NCBI GenBank assembly: GCA_913044115.1
Contig: CAJWNO010000001.1
Coordinates: 27,452 to 91,451 of the forward strand
Source: an uncultured Gammaproteobacteria bacterium
GTDB taxonomy: Bacteria > Pseudomonadota > Gammaproteobacteria > Magnimaribacterales > TMED112
Direction: 5' to 3'
Length of the DNA: 64,000 bases
Of this stretch, positions 29,287 to 38,304 are shown one piece after another (the stretch's first letter is position 1; the number at the start of each line of letters is the position of its first letter). The position numbers and the translations under genes were made by a program. The notes under the pieces are model-generated. The model made no database searches. It worked only from the letters and a program-made list of their open reading frames with translations, and was not told the DNA's origin.

Positions 29287-30477
29287 CTATATACCTAAAA
29301 CAGCTTTTGCAATGATATTCTTTTGAATTTCATTTGTTCCGCCATAGATAGTTACCTTTCTGAAATTTAAGTATTTCGGCGCTGATAGCTGATCAACTTT
29401 CGTTGCAGCTACTTCGACGTCTGAAAATCCGTAAGGCCCTCCATATGGCATTGCATCATGACCTGCCATTTCTACAGCTAGGGTTGAAAGTCTTTGTTGA
29501 AGTTCTGTCCCCTTAATTTTGAGTAATGATGATTCTGCACCAGGACTTTTGCCCTCTCTCATAGCTGCTAGGCCTCTTAGTTCTGTCATCTCAAGGGCAT
29601 CTAAATCTAATTCAAATTCAGCAACTTTAGATTGAAAGCTCTTATCTTCAGATAATGGCTTATCGGTATGAAAGATATTTTTCGCTCTGGCTTTTATGCT
29701 ATTTAGGACTCTCCTCATATTTGGAGCACCAGCTATAGAGCTTCTTTCATGGAAAAGAAGAAATTTCGCATAAGTCCAACCTTGACCTTCTTCACCTACT
29801 ACATTTTCTGCAGGAACTCTGACATTATCAAACCAAACTTCATTTACTTCATGATCTCCATCGAGAGTAATGATTGGTTTAACCTCTATTCCAGGTGTTT
29901 TCATATCTACTAGAATGAAAGTGATACCCTCTTGTTTTTTACCGGAATCATCGGTTCTTACAAGCACAAATATCCAGTCAGCATGCTGACCTAGTGTAGT
30001 CCATGTTTTTTGTCCATTAAGAACGTACTCATCGCCTTCTCTAACAGCTTTACACTTCAAAGAGGCTAAATCTGAGCCAGAACCAGGTTCAGAGTAACCT
30101 TGACACCACCAATCATCAAAATTCAATATTCTTGGTAGGAATTTTTTCTTTTGTTCTTCTGACCCAAATGTCCATATTACTGGAGCTACCATTTGCAGCC
30201 CAAAAGGTACAAATGTTGGGCAACCTGCTAAAGCTAGTTCTCTTAGGTATATATAAACTTTAGTAGCATCCCAGCCTGTGCCTCCATGTTCTACTGGCCA
30301 TGAATGTCCCATCCAGCCTTTTTTGGCAACTGCTTTGTGCCATTCAACAATCTCCTCACGTGTGAGATCGTCTCCATTATTCATCTTTTCTTTGATATGT
30401 TTCGGATACTCGTTATCCAAGAACTCTCTTACTTCGTCGCGAAATTCTAAGTCTTCTTTCGAAAAATTTAGATCCAT
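29287..30477 (-). CDS. acyl-CoA dehydrogenase family protein (large subunit-like)
   Basis: 396 aa with 'CQGYSEPGSGSDLAS', 'GQKTWTT' and C-terminal 'IYGGTNEIQKNIIAK'. A candidate catalytic Glu sits in 'FHERSSIAG', the IVD/LCAD-type position. Confidence 0.8.
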   Translation of the reverse strand: MDLNFSKEDLEFRDEVREFLDNEYPKHIKEKMNNGDDLTREEIVEWHKAVAKKGWMGHSWPVEHGGTGWDATKVYIYLRELALAGCPTFVPFGLQMVAPVIWTFGSEEQKKKFLPRILNFDDWWCQGYSEPGSGSDLASLKCKAVREGDEYVLNGQKTWTTLGQHADWIFVLVRTDDSGKKQEGITFILVDMKTPGIEVKPIITLDGDHEVNEVWFDNVRVPAENVVGEEGQGWTYAKFLLFHERSSIAGAPNMRRVLNSIKARAKNIFHTDKPLSEDKSFQSKVAEFELDLDALEMTELRGLAAMREGKSPGAESSLLKIKGTELQQRLSTLAVEMAGHDAMPYGGPYGFSDVEVAATKVDQLSAPKYLNFRKVTIYGGTNEIQKNIIAKAVLGI

Positions 30478-30561
30478 AATTTACCCTCTTCCATTCGTTA
30501 AATAAAATCTTGTATTATCTAAGTGTGTTTATGATTAAACTCTATTGGTATTAAAAACTTT

Positions 30562-31347
30562 ATGCGCCTATTTTTCAAGTTTCTAGCGGTTTTTGTAGCC
30601 TTCTCTTTACCTATATTTTCTCAAGAAGAAATTCAATACGTAAAAGTTGAAGTTGCAGCTGTAATTTGGAAAAACCAGGATACAACAGAATCCTTTGAGG
30701 AAGTCTATGAATACACACTTGCAGATGAAATTTTAGCTCTAGAAAGCATAGATGAACCAAAAATTAATCTCGAGATCATTGAACCAGCTAAAGGTCAAAT
30801 TCAAATCGAACTTGAATACATAGAAGAGATCTTCACTGAGCCAGTTGAAACAGATGAAAATCAAGATATTGAAATCATAAAACCCCCCAAACTTTACAGA
30901 ATAATTGATAAGAAAGAGCATGAATTAAATGGCACGATGCGCAGAATATCACAAATAAAAAACCTTGAATTATCCGATCATAAATCTTGGCATCAGCCTT
31001 TGAATTCTGAAGATGACACCCCTTTTATACTGGTATCTTCAGGCCCAAATCAATGTATAGTTAAAGTTTTTCAATCCAGGTATCCCAGAATTCATGCCAA
31101 ATGCGCTGAAGGACCAGACGCACTTGAAAAAGCTTATTTGATGAGTAAATCTGAATTCAATGTGAAGCCACTTATTGGTAAATTCAAAAAGACTATTAAA
31201 AGTAAAAGTGAAGAAGAAAAAGTGGAAAATACCCTATATTTGCTTGATGAACAAAGACGCATATCTCTCGATGAATTCCATTATTTTGATCATCCCAGAA
31301 TAGGATTATTAGTAGGTGTTTATAAGTATCCTAAAGAAGAAGACTAA
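30562..31347 (+). CDS. secreted protein, possibly CsiV (DUF2803) family
   Basis: Signal peptide MRLFFKFLAVFVAFSLPIFSQ. C-terminal 'LDEFHYFDHPRIGLLVGVY' resembles the E-L-H-Y-[IF]-D-H-P motif I recall for CsiV. The assignment is from memory only. Confidence 0.4.
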   Translation: MRLFFKFLAVFVAFSLPIFSQEEIQYVKVEVAAVIWKNQDTTESFEEVYEYTLADEILALESIDEPKINLEIIEPAKGQIQIELEYIEEIFTEPVETDENQDIEIIKPPKLYRIIDKKEHELNGTMRRISQIKNLELSDHKSWHQPLNSEDDTPFILVSSGPNQCIVKVFQSRYPRIHAKCAEGPDALEKAYLMSKSEFNVKPLIGKFKKTIKSKSEEEKVENTLYLLDEQRRISLDEFHYFDHPRIGLLVGVYKYPKEED

Positions 31348-31350
31348 TAC

Positions 31351-31929
31351 TTATTTGTAATAAGCATTTTCGTTTTCTGTATGGTCTGTAATATCTTTTA
31401 CACCTTTAAGTTCAGGTAATTTTTCTAATAAGGTTTTTTCTATTCCTTCTTTCAGGGTTACATCAACCATACCGCATCCCTGACACCCTCCACCAAACTG
31501 TAATACGACATAATTATCGTCAGTAATACAATCAAGATGAACGTTGCCACCATGCGAAGCTAATTGAGGATTTACTTCATCATAAAGTATGTAATTAACT
31601 TTATCTTCCAATGTTGAATTTTCTCCAATTTTTGGAACTCTAGAGCTTGGAGCTTTAATTGTTAATTGACCTCCAAAGTTATCTTTATCGTAATTTACCT
31701 CAGCATCATCAAGAAATGGCAAACTCTTTTCTTCTATGTATAAAATAAAATTCTCAAACTTAATTTTATGGTCTGTTGCTTGCCATTCATCCTCTCTGCA
31801 AAAAGCAAGACAAGTTTCAGCCCTAGGAGTGCCTGGATCAGAAACAAAAATTCGTATATCACATTTAAAGTCTTTCTTTGTAATGAGTTCAGAAAGATAT
31901 TCTTCGGCTGTTGCAGTTACGTTAATCAT
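31351..31929 (-). CDS. nfuA: Fe-S biogenesis protein NfuA
   Basis: 192 aa. N-terminal degenerate A-type domain plus a C-terminal Nfu domain with 'GGGCQGCGMVDVTLK'. Confidence 0.88.
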   Translation of the reverse strand: MINVTATAEEYLSELITKKDFKCDIRIFVSDPGTPRAETCLAFCREDEWQATDHKIKFENFILYIEEKSLPFLDDAEVNYDKDNFGGQLTIKAPSSRVPKIGENSTLEDKVNYILYDEVNPQLASHGGNVHLDCITDDNYVVLQFGGGCQGCGMVDVTLKEGIEKTLLEKLPELKGVKDITDHTENENAYYK

Positions 31930-31949
31930 AATTAATATGTAAGTTTACT

Positions 31950-32114
31950 ATGAAAATATTAAATGATTTATTTTCCCTTATTTCGGGGACAGGAAAAAAA
32001 GATAATCTTCAAGACATGGTCGAAGATAGCCCAATAAGAGTATTGGTTGCTCTACTGGCGGTTTTGATACTTTTTTTGGGTTCTGTAAGCTTTATAGTCT
32101 TTTTAATCCTCTAA
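31950..32114 (+). CDS. candidate 54-aa tail-anchored membrane peptide
   Basis: Unlisted ORF MKILNDLFSLISGTGKKDNLQDMVEDSPIRVLVALLAVLILFLGSVSFIVFLIL. It fills an otherwise empty 186-bp gap. No clear SD. Confidence 0.25.
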   Translation: MKILNDLFSLISGTGKKDNLQDMVEDSPIRVLVALLAVLILFLGSVSFIVFLIL

Positions 32115-32115
32115 A

Positions 32116-33048
32116 CTAAAGTTTAGACTCCAATTCAGGCAACGCCTCAAAAAGATCCCCAACCAAACCATAATCAGCAACTTTGAATATAGGCGCTTCC
32201 TCATCCTTATTTATAGCAACAATAGTTTTAGAGTCTTTCATTCCAGCTAAGTGCTGAATTGCTCCTGATATCCCAACAGCAATATATAGGTTAGGAGCAA
32301 CAGATTTCCCTGTTTGCCCTACCTGGTAATCATTTGGCACAAATCCTGAATCCACTGCTGCCCTAGAAGCCCCTACTGCTGCATTTAACTTGCCAGCAAC
32401 TGCCTCTAGTAATGCAAAGTTTTCTCCATTTTGCATACCTCTTCCACCAGAAATAACTATATCTGCAGAAGTTAATTCAGGCCTATCTGAAACTGTAAGT
32501 TCGTTCTTAACGAACCCAGATTTTCTTGATTCAGTTTCCGGAACACTCATATCTTCAACTGCAGCTGATCCACCATTTTCATTAGCTTTATCAAAAGATG
32601 TAGTTCTAATAGTTATAGCATTTTTAGCTTGTGTAGATTGAACAGTTGCTATGCAAGAACCTGCGTAAATAGGTTTCTTGAATGTTTTTTCATCAATAAT
32701 ATCTGTTACTTCAGATATTTGTTGAATATCTAACATCGCTGCTGCTCTAGGTAAGTTATTTTTACCAGATGTACTTGAGCTTGCTAAAAAGAAGTCATAA
32801 TCATTGCTTACTGACATCACACATGCAGCTACATCTTCCGCAACTTCGTTTTTAAACTTTTCGTGGCTGAAGTTAAGGACTTTTGACACTCCTTCAACTG
32901 ACTTAGCTGCTTCTAGCACCGATTCACATGAATTACTTGCTACAAGCAAGTCTATATCTCTACCAAGTTTTTTTGCAGCCTCAACTACACTGAGTGTTGC
33001 GGCTGATAGAGAATTACCGTTATGTTCTGCTATTACTAATGTTCTCAT
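32116..33048 (-). CDS. etfA: electron transfer flavoprotein alpha subunit
   Basis: 310 aa. FAD-binding C-terminal '[31 protein letters not shown]'. Confidence 0.93.
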   Translation of the reverse strand: MRTLVIAEHNGNSLSAATLSVVEAAKKLGRDIDLLVASNSCESVLEAAKSVEGVSKVLNFSHEKFKNEVAEDVAACVMSVSNDYDFFLASSSTSGKNNLPRAAAMLDIQQISEVTDIIDEKTFKKPIYAGSCIATVQSTQAKNAITIRTTSFDKANENGGSAAVEDMSVPETESRKSGFVKNELTVSDRPELTSADIVISGGRGMQNGENFALLEAVAGKLNAAVGASRAAVDSGFVPNDYQVGQTGKSVAPNLYIAVGISGAIQHLAGMKDSKTIVAINKDEEAPIFKVADYGLVGDLFEALPELESKL

Positions 33049-33794
33049 ATCACTTTTGCCTCATTTTTAAGTTTATCAACCAACTGATCAACAGTTTCAA
33101 CTTTAACGCCTTCTTGCCTTTCAGGCGGTGACTCTACCTTAAGAGTAGTAACTTTTTGTTCGACAACGACACCTAAGCTCTCTATATCCATCTCTTCGAG
33201 CGGCTTTCTCTTCGCTTTCATTATGTTGGGCAGAGAGGCATATCTTGGCTCATTAAGTCTTAAGTCTGTTGTGACAACTGCTGGCATCTCTGCTGACAAT
33301 GTTTCTAGACCACCATCTATCTCTCTTGTGACCTCAACTTTACTTCCATCTACATTTATTTCTGATGCAAATGTTGCCTGTGGTAAGCCCGTAAGGGCTG
33401 CAAACATTTGGCCTGTCTGATTGTGATCTCCATCTATTCCTACTTTGCCCATAATTACTAGATCAGGGCTTTCAGACTCATAAACTTTCACTAGCACTTT
33501 TGCCACATCAAGCGGTTGCACAGAATTATCTGTTTTCACAAGAATTGCCCTGTCAGCTCCAAGAGCAAGTGCTGTTCTAAGTTGTTCCTGGTGCTTATCA
33601 TCACCAATTGTTACTACTACTATTTCATCAGCCTTGCCTGCTTCTTTTAATCTAATAGCTTCCTCTACTGCTATCTCACAGAAAGGATTCATTGCCATTT
33701 TCACGTTTGAAAGATCAACATCAGTATTACCTTGATTCGGTCTAACCTTGACGTTGTAATCATTTACTCTTTTAATGGGAATCAGAATTTTCAT
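33045..33794 (-). CDS. etfB: electron transfer flavoprotein beta subunit
   Basis: 249 aa starting '[18 protein letters not shown]', the typical EtfB N-terminus. 4-nt overlap with etfA. Confidence 0.93.
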   Translation of the reverse strand: MKILIPIKRVNDYNVKVRPNQGNTDVDLSNVKMAMNPFCEIAVEEAIRLKEAGKADEIVVVTIGDDKHQEQLRTALALGADRAILVKTDNSVQPLDVAKVLVKVYESESPDLVIMGKVGIDGDHNQTGQMFAALTGLPQATFASEINVDGSKVEVTREIDGGLETLSAEMPAVVTTDLRLNEPRYASLPNIMKAKRKPLEEMDIESLGVVVEQKVTTLKVESPPERQEGVKVETVDQLVDKLKNEAKVI

Positions 33795-33861
33795 ATATTT
33801 AAATTTTGTCAGTTAGTAATATATATGAAATAGATAAAAATTAAACACCTTGGTAAATAAT

Positions 33862-35490
33862 ATGGAAAGAGAATCAATGGATTATGACGTAGTCATAATT
33901 GGTGGTGGTCCATCGGGTCTCTCAACAGCAATTAAGCTTGCTCAAAGCTTTAAAGAAAAGAACATCGATAAGAGCATTTGTCTGCTAGAAAAAAGTGCTG
34001 AAATTGGTGGGCATATACTATCTGGTAACGTCTTTGAAACAACAGCACTTGATGAACTAATTCCTGATTGGAAAGAAAAAGGTGCACCTATGGATGTCAA
34101 AGTTAAAAGAGACGCAATAAAGTTTCTATTAAATGATAAATACAGCCTTCCAGTTCCATCATTTGTCATGCCTACGATGCAAAATCACGGTAATTACATT
34201 CTTAGTCTTGGTAACCTTTGTAGATGGTTGGCAGAACAAGCTGAAGCGCTCGGCGTAGATATTTTCCCAGGATTCCCTGCAGCAGAGATAATTTTCAAAG
34301 ATGATAGAGTTGCTGGTGTAATAACAGGCGATATGGGTGTTGATGCGGATGGTAATCCAAAGGATTCGTTTCAGCCTGGAATGGAAATTCTTGCAAACGA
34401 AGCAACAGTTTTTGCCGAAGGTTGCAGAGGCCACTTAGGCAAACAGTTAATAAAGAAATTTAAGTTAGACGAAGGCAAAGATCCACAACATTATGGAATC
34501 GGTTTTAAAGAAATATGGGAAGTAGATAACGATTTATATGAAGAGGGTTTAGTGATGCATACCAACGGATGGCCTCTACCCGATGATACCCCTGGAGGTT
34601 CTTACATGTACCATTCAGATAAAAAACAAATCCTATTAGGGTTGGTCATACCTCTAGATTATAAAAATCCGCATATGAGCCCATATGATGAATTTCAAAG
34701 ATGGAAATCTCACCCAGCAATAAAAAAATATTTAAAGAATGGTAAGAGAATCTCCTATGGTGCCCGTGCTTTAATAAAAGGCGGCTTACAAAGTTTACCA
34801 AGCATGGAATTCCCGGGTGGTTATTTAGTAGGTTGTAATGCTGGTACCTTAAATTTTTCTAAGATAAAAGGCTCTCATACAGCAATGAAATCAGGAATTG
34901 AAGCAGCTAAGGTCATAGCTTCAAATATCGAAGGACAACAAAAGAGCCTTGATGAAGAAGTCAAAAAAAGCTGGTTATACACTGAGCTTTATAAATCTAG
35001 AAACTTCAACCCATTCTTTCATAAATTTGGAGGCTTGATTGGTGCAGCATTGAATGTAATAGATCAATTTATCTTTAGAGGAAATTTACCTTTTACCCTC
35101 AACCACCCTACTCCAGATCATGATTGTCTTAAGCCTGCAAAAGACTGTAAAAAGATTGATTATCCAAAATATGATAATGAAATAACTTTCGATAAACTTA
35201 GTTCAGTCTATTTATCCAACACGTATCATGAAGAAGAACAGCCCTGCCATTTGGTGCTCAAAGATGAAAATTTACCGATCGATGTAACGCTTGAACTTTA
35301 CGATGAGCCGGCCCAAAGGTATTGCCCAGCAGGAGTGTATGAGGTTGTAGAAGAAGAAGGCAAAAAACGCTTTCAAATAAATTCACAAAACTGTATTCAT
35401 TGTAAAACTTGTGACATCAAAGAACCCTCTCAAAATATTGATTGGGTTTCCCCAGAAGGTGGCGGTGGCCCCAACTATCCAAATATGTAG
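33862..35490 (+). CDS. electron-transferring-flavoprotein:ubiquinone oxidoreductase
   Basis: FAD motif 'DVVIIGGGPSGLS' and a C-terminal 4Fe-4S motif 'CIHCKTCDIK'. It is divergent from etfBA. I prefer ATG 33862 over TTG 33850. Confidence 0.9.
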   Translation: MERESMDYDVVIIGGGPSGLSTAIKLAQSFKEKNIDKSICLLEKSAEIGGHILSGNVFETTALDELIPDWKEKGAPMDVKVKRDAIKFLLNDKYSLPVPSFVMPTMQNHGNYILSLGNLCRWLAEQAEALGVDIFPGFPAAEIIFKDDRVAGVITGDMGVDADGNPKDSFQPGMEILANEATVFAEGCRGHLGKQLIKKFKLDEGKDPQHYGIGFKEIWEVDNDLYEEGLVMHTNGWPLPDDTPGGSYMYHSDKKQILLGLVIPLDYKNPHMSPYDEFQRWKSHPAIKKYLKNGKRISYGARALIKGGLQSLPSMEFPGGYLVGCNAGTLNFSKIKGSHTAMKSGIEAAKVIASNIEGQQKSLDEEVKKSWLYTELYKSRNFNPFFHKFGGLIGAALNVIDQFIFRGNLPFTLNHPTPDHDCLKPAKDCKKIDYPKYDNEITFDKLSSVYLSNTYHEEEQPCHLVLKDENLPIDVTLELYDEPAQRYCPAGVYEVVEEEGKKRFQINSQNCIHCKTCDIKEPSQNIDWVSPEGGGGPNYPNM

Positions 35491-35505
35491 TAATCTATTA
35501 CTACT

Positions 35506-37281
35506 ATGAAATTTGGACAATTATTAAGCGTCGTACTTATTGCTGGATTGGTTGGTATTGCAACTAACATTGGTTACGAATATATAACTACCGAAAAACC
35601 ACACCCAGATCAAAAGAAATTCAATGAATTCCTAGATGAAAACTGGGAAGATTCTCTCAAAAGCAGCCCATTATTTGCATCTTTGCTAGGAGACAAAAGG
35701 TATGATGATCAAGTTTCAAGCAATTCTGTTGAAGATTTTTTCTCTGCTGGAGAATATGAAAAATATGTAATTGAGGTGCTCAATGAAATCGATCCAGAAA
35801 ATTTAAATGAAGATGACAAGCTTAATTACAGGCTTCTAAAATCGGACTATGAAGTTAGCTTAGAAGGAAGAAATTATCCTGGCTACTACATGCGCCTAAA
35901 TCAAAGAGGTGGTGTACAAGACTACTATCTCTATGGAAATAGGCTCAATTTTACTGACTTACAAAGCTACAAAAATTGGTTTGAAAGAGTAAAAGGATAT
36001 ACACAGAATGTTAAAAACTCACTTGCTATAAATAAAGAGGGTCTGGAGCTTGGCTATACTCAACCAAAGTTAGTCACTAGAGGTGTTTCAGCTCAAATAG
36101 GCGCGATGCTTGAGCAAGACATTGAAGATCATCCCTATTACAAAATCTTTAAAGACGTAGGCAATGTTGCATCAGCTGAAGAAACAACTCAGCTTCAAAG
36201 TGAAGTCAAAGATTACATAAAAAATGTTCTCAACCCTGCATATCAAGAATTGTATGACTTTTTGGTTAATGAATATCTGCCAAAATCTCGTGATTCTATA
36301 GGGATAAGCGATGTACCAAATGGCAAAGAATGGTACGAATACCTAGCTAGGTATCATACAACTACTGATTTAACTCCAGATGAAATTCATGAAATAGGTT
36401 TAAGAGAAGTAGCCAAAATAAGAGCAGAAATGGAAGGCATTATTGCTCGTGTTGGATGGGAGGGAGATTTCAATTCTTTCCTGCAATATCTCAGAACTGA
36501 TCCTAAGTTTTACTATGAGACAGGCGAAGAATTGCTTCAAGCTTACAGAGCTATGTCAAAAGAAATTGATGCATATATGCCAACACTTTTTAATAAATTG
36601 CCAAGAGCACCGTACGGAGTCATCCCAATTCCTATGGAGTCTGCACCTTTCACAACTACAGCATATTACAATGCTCCTAGTGCCGGTAGACCAGGTTATT
36701 ACTACGCTAACCTATACATGCCAGAAGTTAGGCCAAAATATGAGATTCCTGTGCTTTCAGTTCATGAGGCAGTGCCTGGACATCACCATCAGATCTCATT
36801 GGCACAAGAAATGGAAAATGTGCCAAACTTTCGTAAATACTTGAGTATTACAGCATTTGTTGAAGGCTGGGGTCTATACAGTGAACAATTAGGTGAGAGT
36901 ATGGGAATTTACGATGACCCTTACGATAAATTTGGTCAACTTACATATGATATGTGGCGTGCAGTTAGATTGGTAGTAGATACTGGTATGCACTACAAGG
37001 ACTGGTCAAGAGATGATGCAGTAAACCTATTTTTAGAAAACACTGCAAAGACTGAGCAAGATATCAATAATGAAGTTGACAGGTATATTGCTTGGCCAGG
37101 GCAAGCTTTAGCTTACAAAATTGGCCAACTCAAAATAATGGAGCTCAGAGATAAATCTAAAGCTGCTTTAGGCGATGATTTTGATATTAAAGATTTTCAT
37201 GACCATATGCTAAGTTTTGGCTCAATACCTTTAAATATACTTGAAGAAAAGGTTGATGAGTTCATAGCAGCAAATAAGTAG
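35506..37281 (+). CDS. DUF885 family protein (putative metallopeptidase-like) with N-terminal anchor
   Basis: 'HEAVPGHHHQ' matches the DUF885 H-E-x-x-P-G-H-H motif. 591 aa. Confidence 0.75.
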   Translation: MKFGQLLSVVLIAGLVGIATNIGYEYITTEKPHPDQKKFNEFLDENWEDSLKSSPLFASLLGDKRYDDQVSSNSVEDFFSAGEYEKYVIEVLNEIDPENLNEDDKLNYRLLKSDYEVSLEGRNYPGYYMRLNQRGGVQDYYLYGNRLNFTDLQSYKNWFERVKGYTQNVKNSLAINKEGLELGYTQPKLVTRGVSAQIGAMLEQDIEDHPYYKIFKDVGNVASAEETTQLQSEVKDYIKNVLNPAYQELYDFLVNEYLPKSRDSIGISDVPNGKEWYEYLARYHTTTDLTPDEIHEIGLREVAKIRAEMEGIIARVGWEGDFNSFLQYLRTDPKFYYETGEELLQAYRAMSKEIDAYMPTLFNKLPRAPYGVIPIPMESAPFTTTAYYNAPSAGRPGYYYANLYMPEVRPKYEIPVLSVHEAVPGHHHQISLAQEMENVPNFRKYLSITAFVEGWGLYSEQLGESMGIYDDPYDKFGQLTYDMWRAVRLVVDTGMHYKDWSRDDAVNLFLENTAKTEQDINNEVDRYIAWPGQALAYKIGQLKIMELRDKSKAALGDDFDIKDFHDHMLSFGSIPLNILEEKVDEFIAANK

Positions 37282-37296
37282 AAACAGGAGATACTT

Positions 37297-37470
37297 ATGG
37301 AAGATCAAGAACTACAACAGCTCGAAGATGCTGTCTTACGTCTGCTTTCAGCAGATAACATCAGTGATGAATATGACTCATTATTAACAAATGAAGAAAA
37401 ATTCACATACTTATGTGAAATCATAGGTGAGCTTGCTAATTTGATGGATGAAGAAGAACAGGAGCAATGA
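37297..37470 (+). CDS. candidate 57-aa highly acidic helical protein (unlisted)
   Basis: MEDQELQQLEDAVLRLLSADNISDEYDSLLTNEEKFTYLCEIIGELANLMDEEEQEQ. A good SD (AGGAG) lies 7 nt upstream. Its TGA overlaps the ATG of the next gene (ATGA). Confidence 0.45.
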   Translation: MEDQELQQLEDAVLRLLSADNISDEYDSLLTNEEKFTYLCEIIGELANLMDEEEQEQ

Positions 37471-37793
37471 GACTTCTATTTGCATTAATTTTATTAACAA
37501 GCTGCGCTTCAACACTTACAACACAAGAATCACAAGCTCTAACAAAAGGTAAATCTGATTATGAGCTTTGTTCAGAAATAGCTAGTGTGATCTGGTACGG
37601 TGGACCTGTAAGCAAATATACTGTCGATGAATTGAAGGAAAGGCGAGTTAATTGTATGGATCACTCTGAGGCAATTCTAAAGAAAAGAGCCCAACAAGAT
37701 GCAGTAAATAATTCTATGATGGTTATTGATGGTGCAATTACAAGATATCGTTATGAAGTGCCTGATTCTATAGAATTACCAAACTACGAATAA
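37467..37793 (+). CDS. hypothetical lipoprotein
   Basis: Lipobox LLTSC at residues 9-13. 108 aa. No family recognised. Confidence 0.55.
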   Translation: MRLLFALILLTSCASTLTTQESQALTKGKSDYELCSEIASVIWYGGPVSKYTVDELKERRVNCMDHSEAILKKRAQQDAVNNSMMVIDGAITRYRYEVPDSIELPNYE

Positions 37794-37797
37794 CTCT

Positions 37798-38304
37798 TTA
37801 ATTTAGATAAAAGCACCTGCCATCAGACTCAAGGTACATGGACATCCCATCCTGCTTTGACTCTGCAATAACTTTATAGAACACATTTCTGCTTAACAAT
37901 GCATAAATATGCTCTTTAAGCTTAATTTTTGGATAAGGTTGATGGTTTATCATCTCTACCGTTAACTTATGCTCCTGCGACAATTTAACCCACTCTTGGG
38001 TATTGGTCTGAAAGAAGTAATCGCTACCTTCTTGTTTGTAGTCAATTATGCAGAAAACCTCTTTTTCAACTTCGATGGGGATTTTTTCAACAGGTGTTAC
38101 AGCGAAATATTTGCCCTCTTCCCATTTAACTAATTTAGAAAATAATTGAACCATAGAAAGTCTTTCAATTTTAGAATTGTTATAGAACCAGTTAGCATCA
38201 GCATCTATACGAAATTCTACCCCTTCGCATAACTTAGGATTCCACTTATCTAGAGGATATTCATCCAAGGACAATGCTGCTTTTTCTAATTGTTTTAGGT
38301 CCAT
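37798..38304 (-). CDS. DUF1285 family protein
   Basis: 'FRIDADANWFYNNSKIERLSMVQLFSKLV...GKYFAVTPVEKIPIEVE' fits the DUF1285 pattern (W.Y.GS.I.R..LV.LF...TPVEK..I.VED) as I recall it. Confidence 0.5.
   Translation of the reverse strand: MDLKQLEKAALSLDEYPLDKWNPKLCEGVEFRIDADANWFYNNSKIERLSMVQLFSKLVKWEEGKYFAVTPVEKIPIEVEKEVFCIIDYKQEGSDYFFQTNTQEWVKLSQEHKLTVEMINHQPYPKIKLKEHIYALLSRNVFYKVIAESKQDGMSMYLESDGRCFYLN

Noticed and set aside
2268-33420. Many 60-130 aa track ORFs lying antisense inside well-supported genes. Examples: 2268-2489, 2940-3287, 6177-6446, 8674-9759, 11199-12209, 12584-12778, 15013-15324, 16276-16527, 20397-20669, 23570-24333, 24816-25070, 26966-27799, 28596-28799, 30278-30505, 30739-30921, 31736-31942, 32390-33070, 33223-33420. 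Similar ones occur later in the window.
   Set aside because: These are shadow ORFs of conserved genes. Their translations are low-complexity (S/L/F/I-rich), with no motifs, no independent start context, and complete overlap with strongly supported CDSs.
36443-36844. Same-strand alternative-frame 133-aa ORF inside the DUF885 gene, and similarly 14533-14733 in purB, 52026-52214 in the hydroxylase and 54115-54399 in the FMO
   Set aside because: They are fully nested in genes with clear family motifs in the main frame. The alternative-frame products have no recognisable features.
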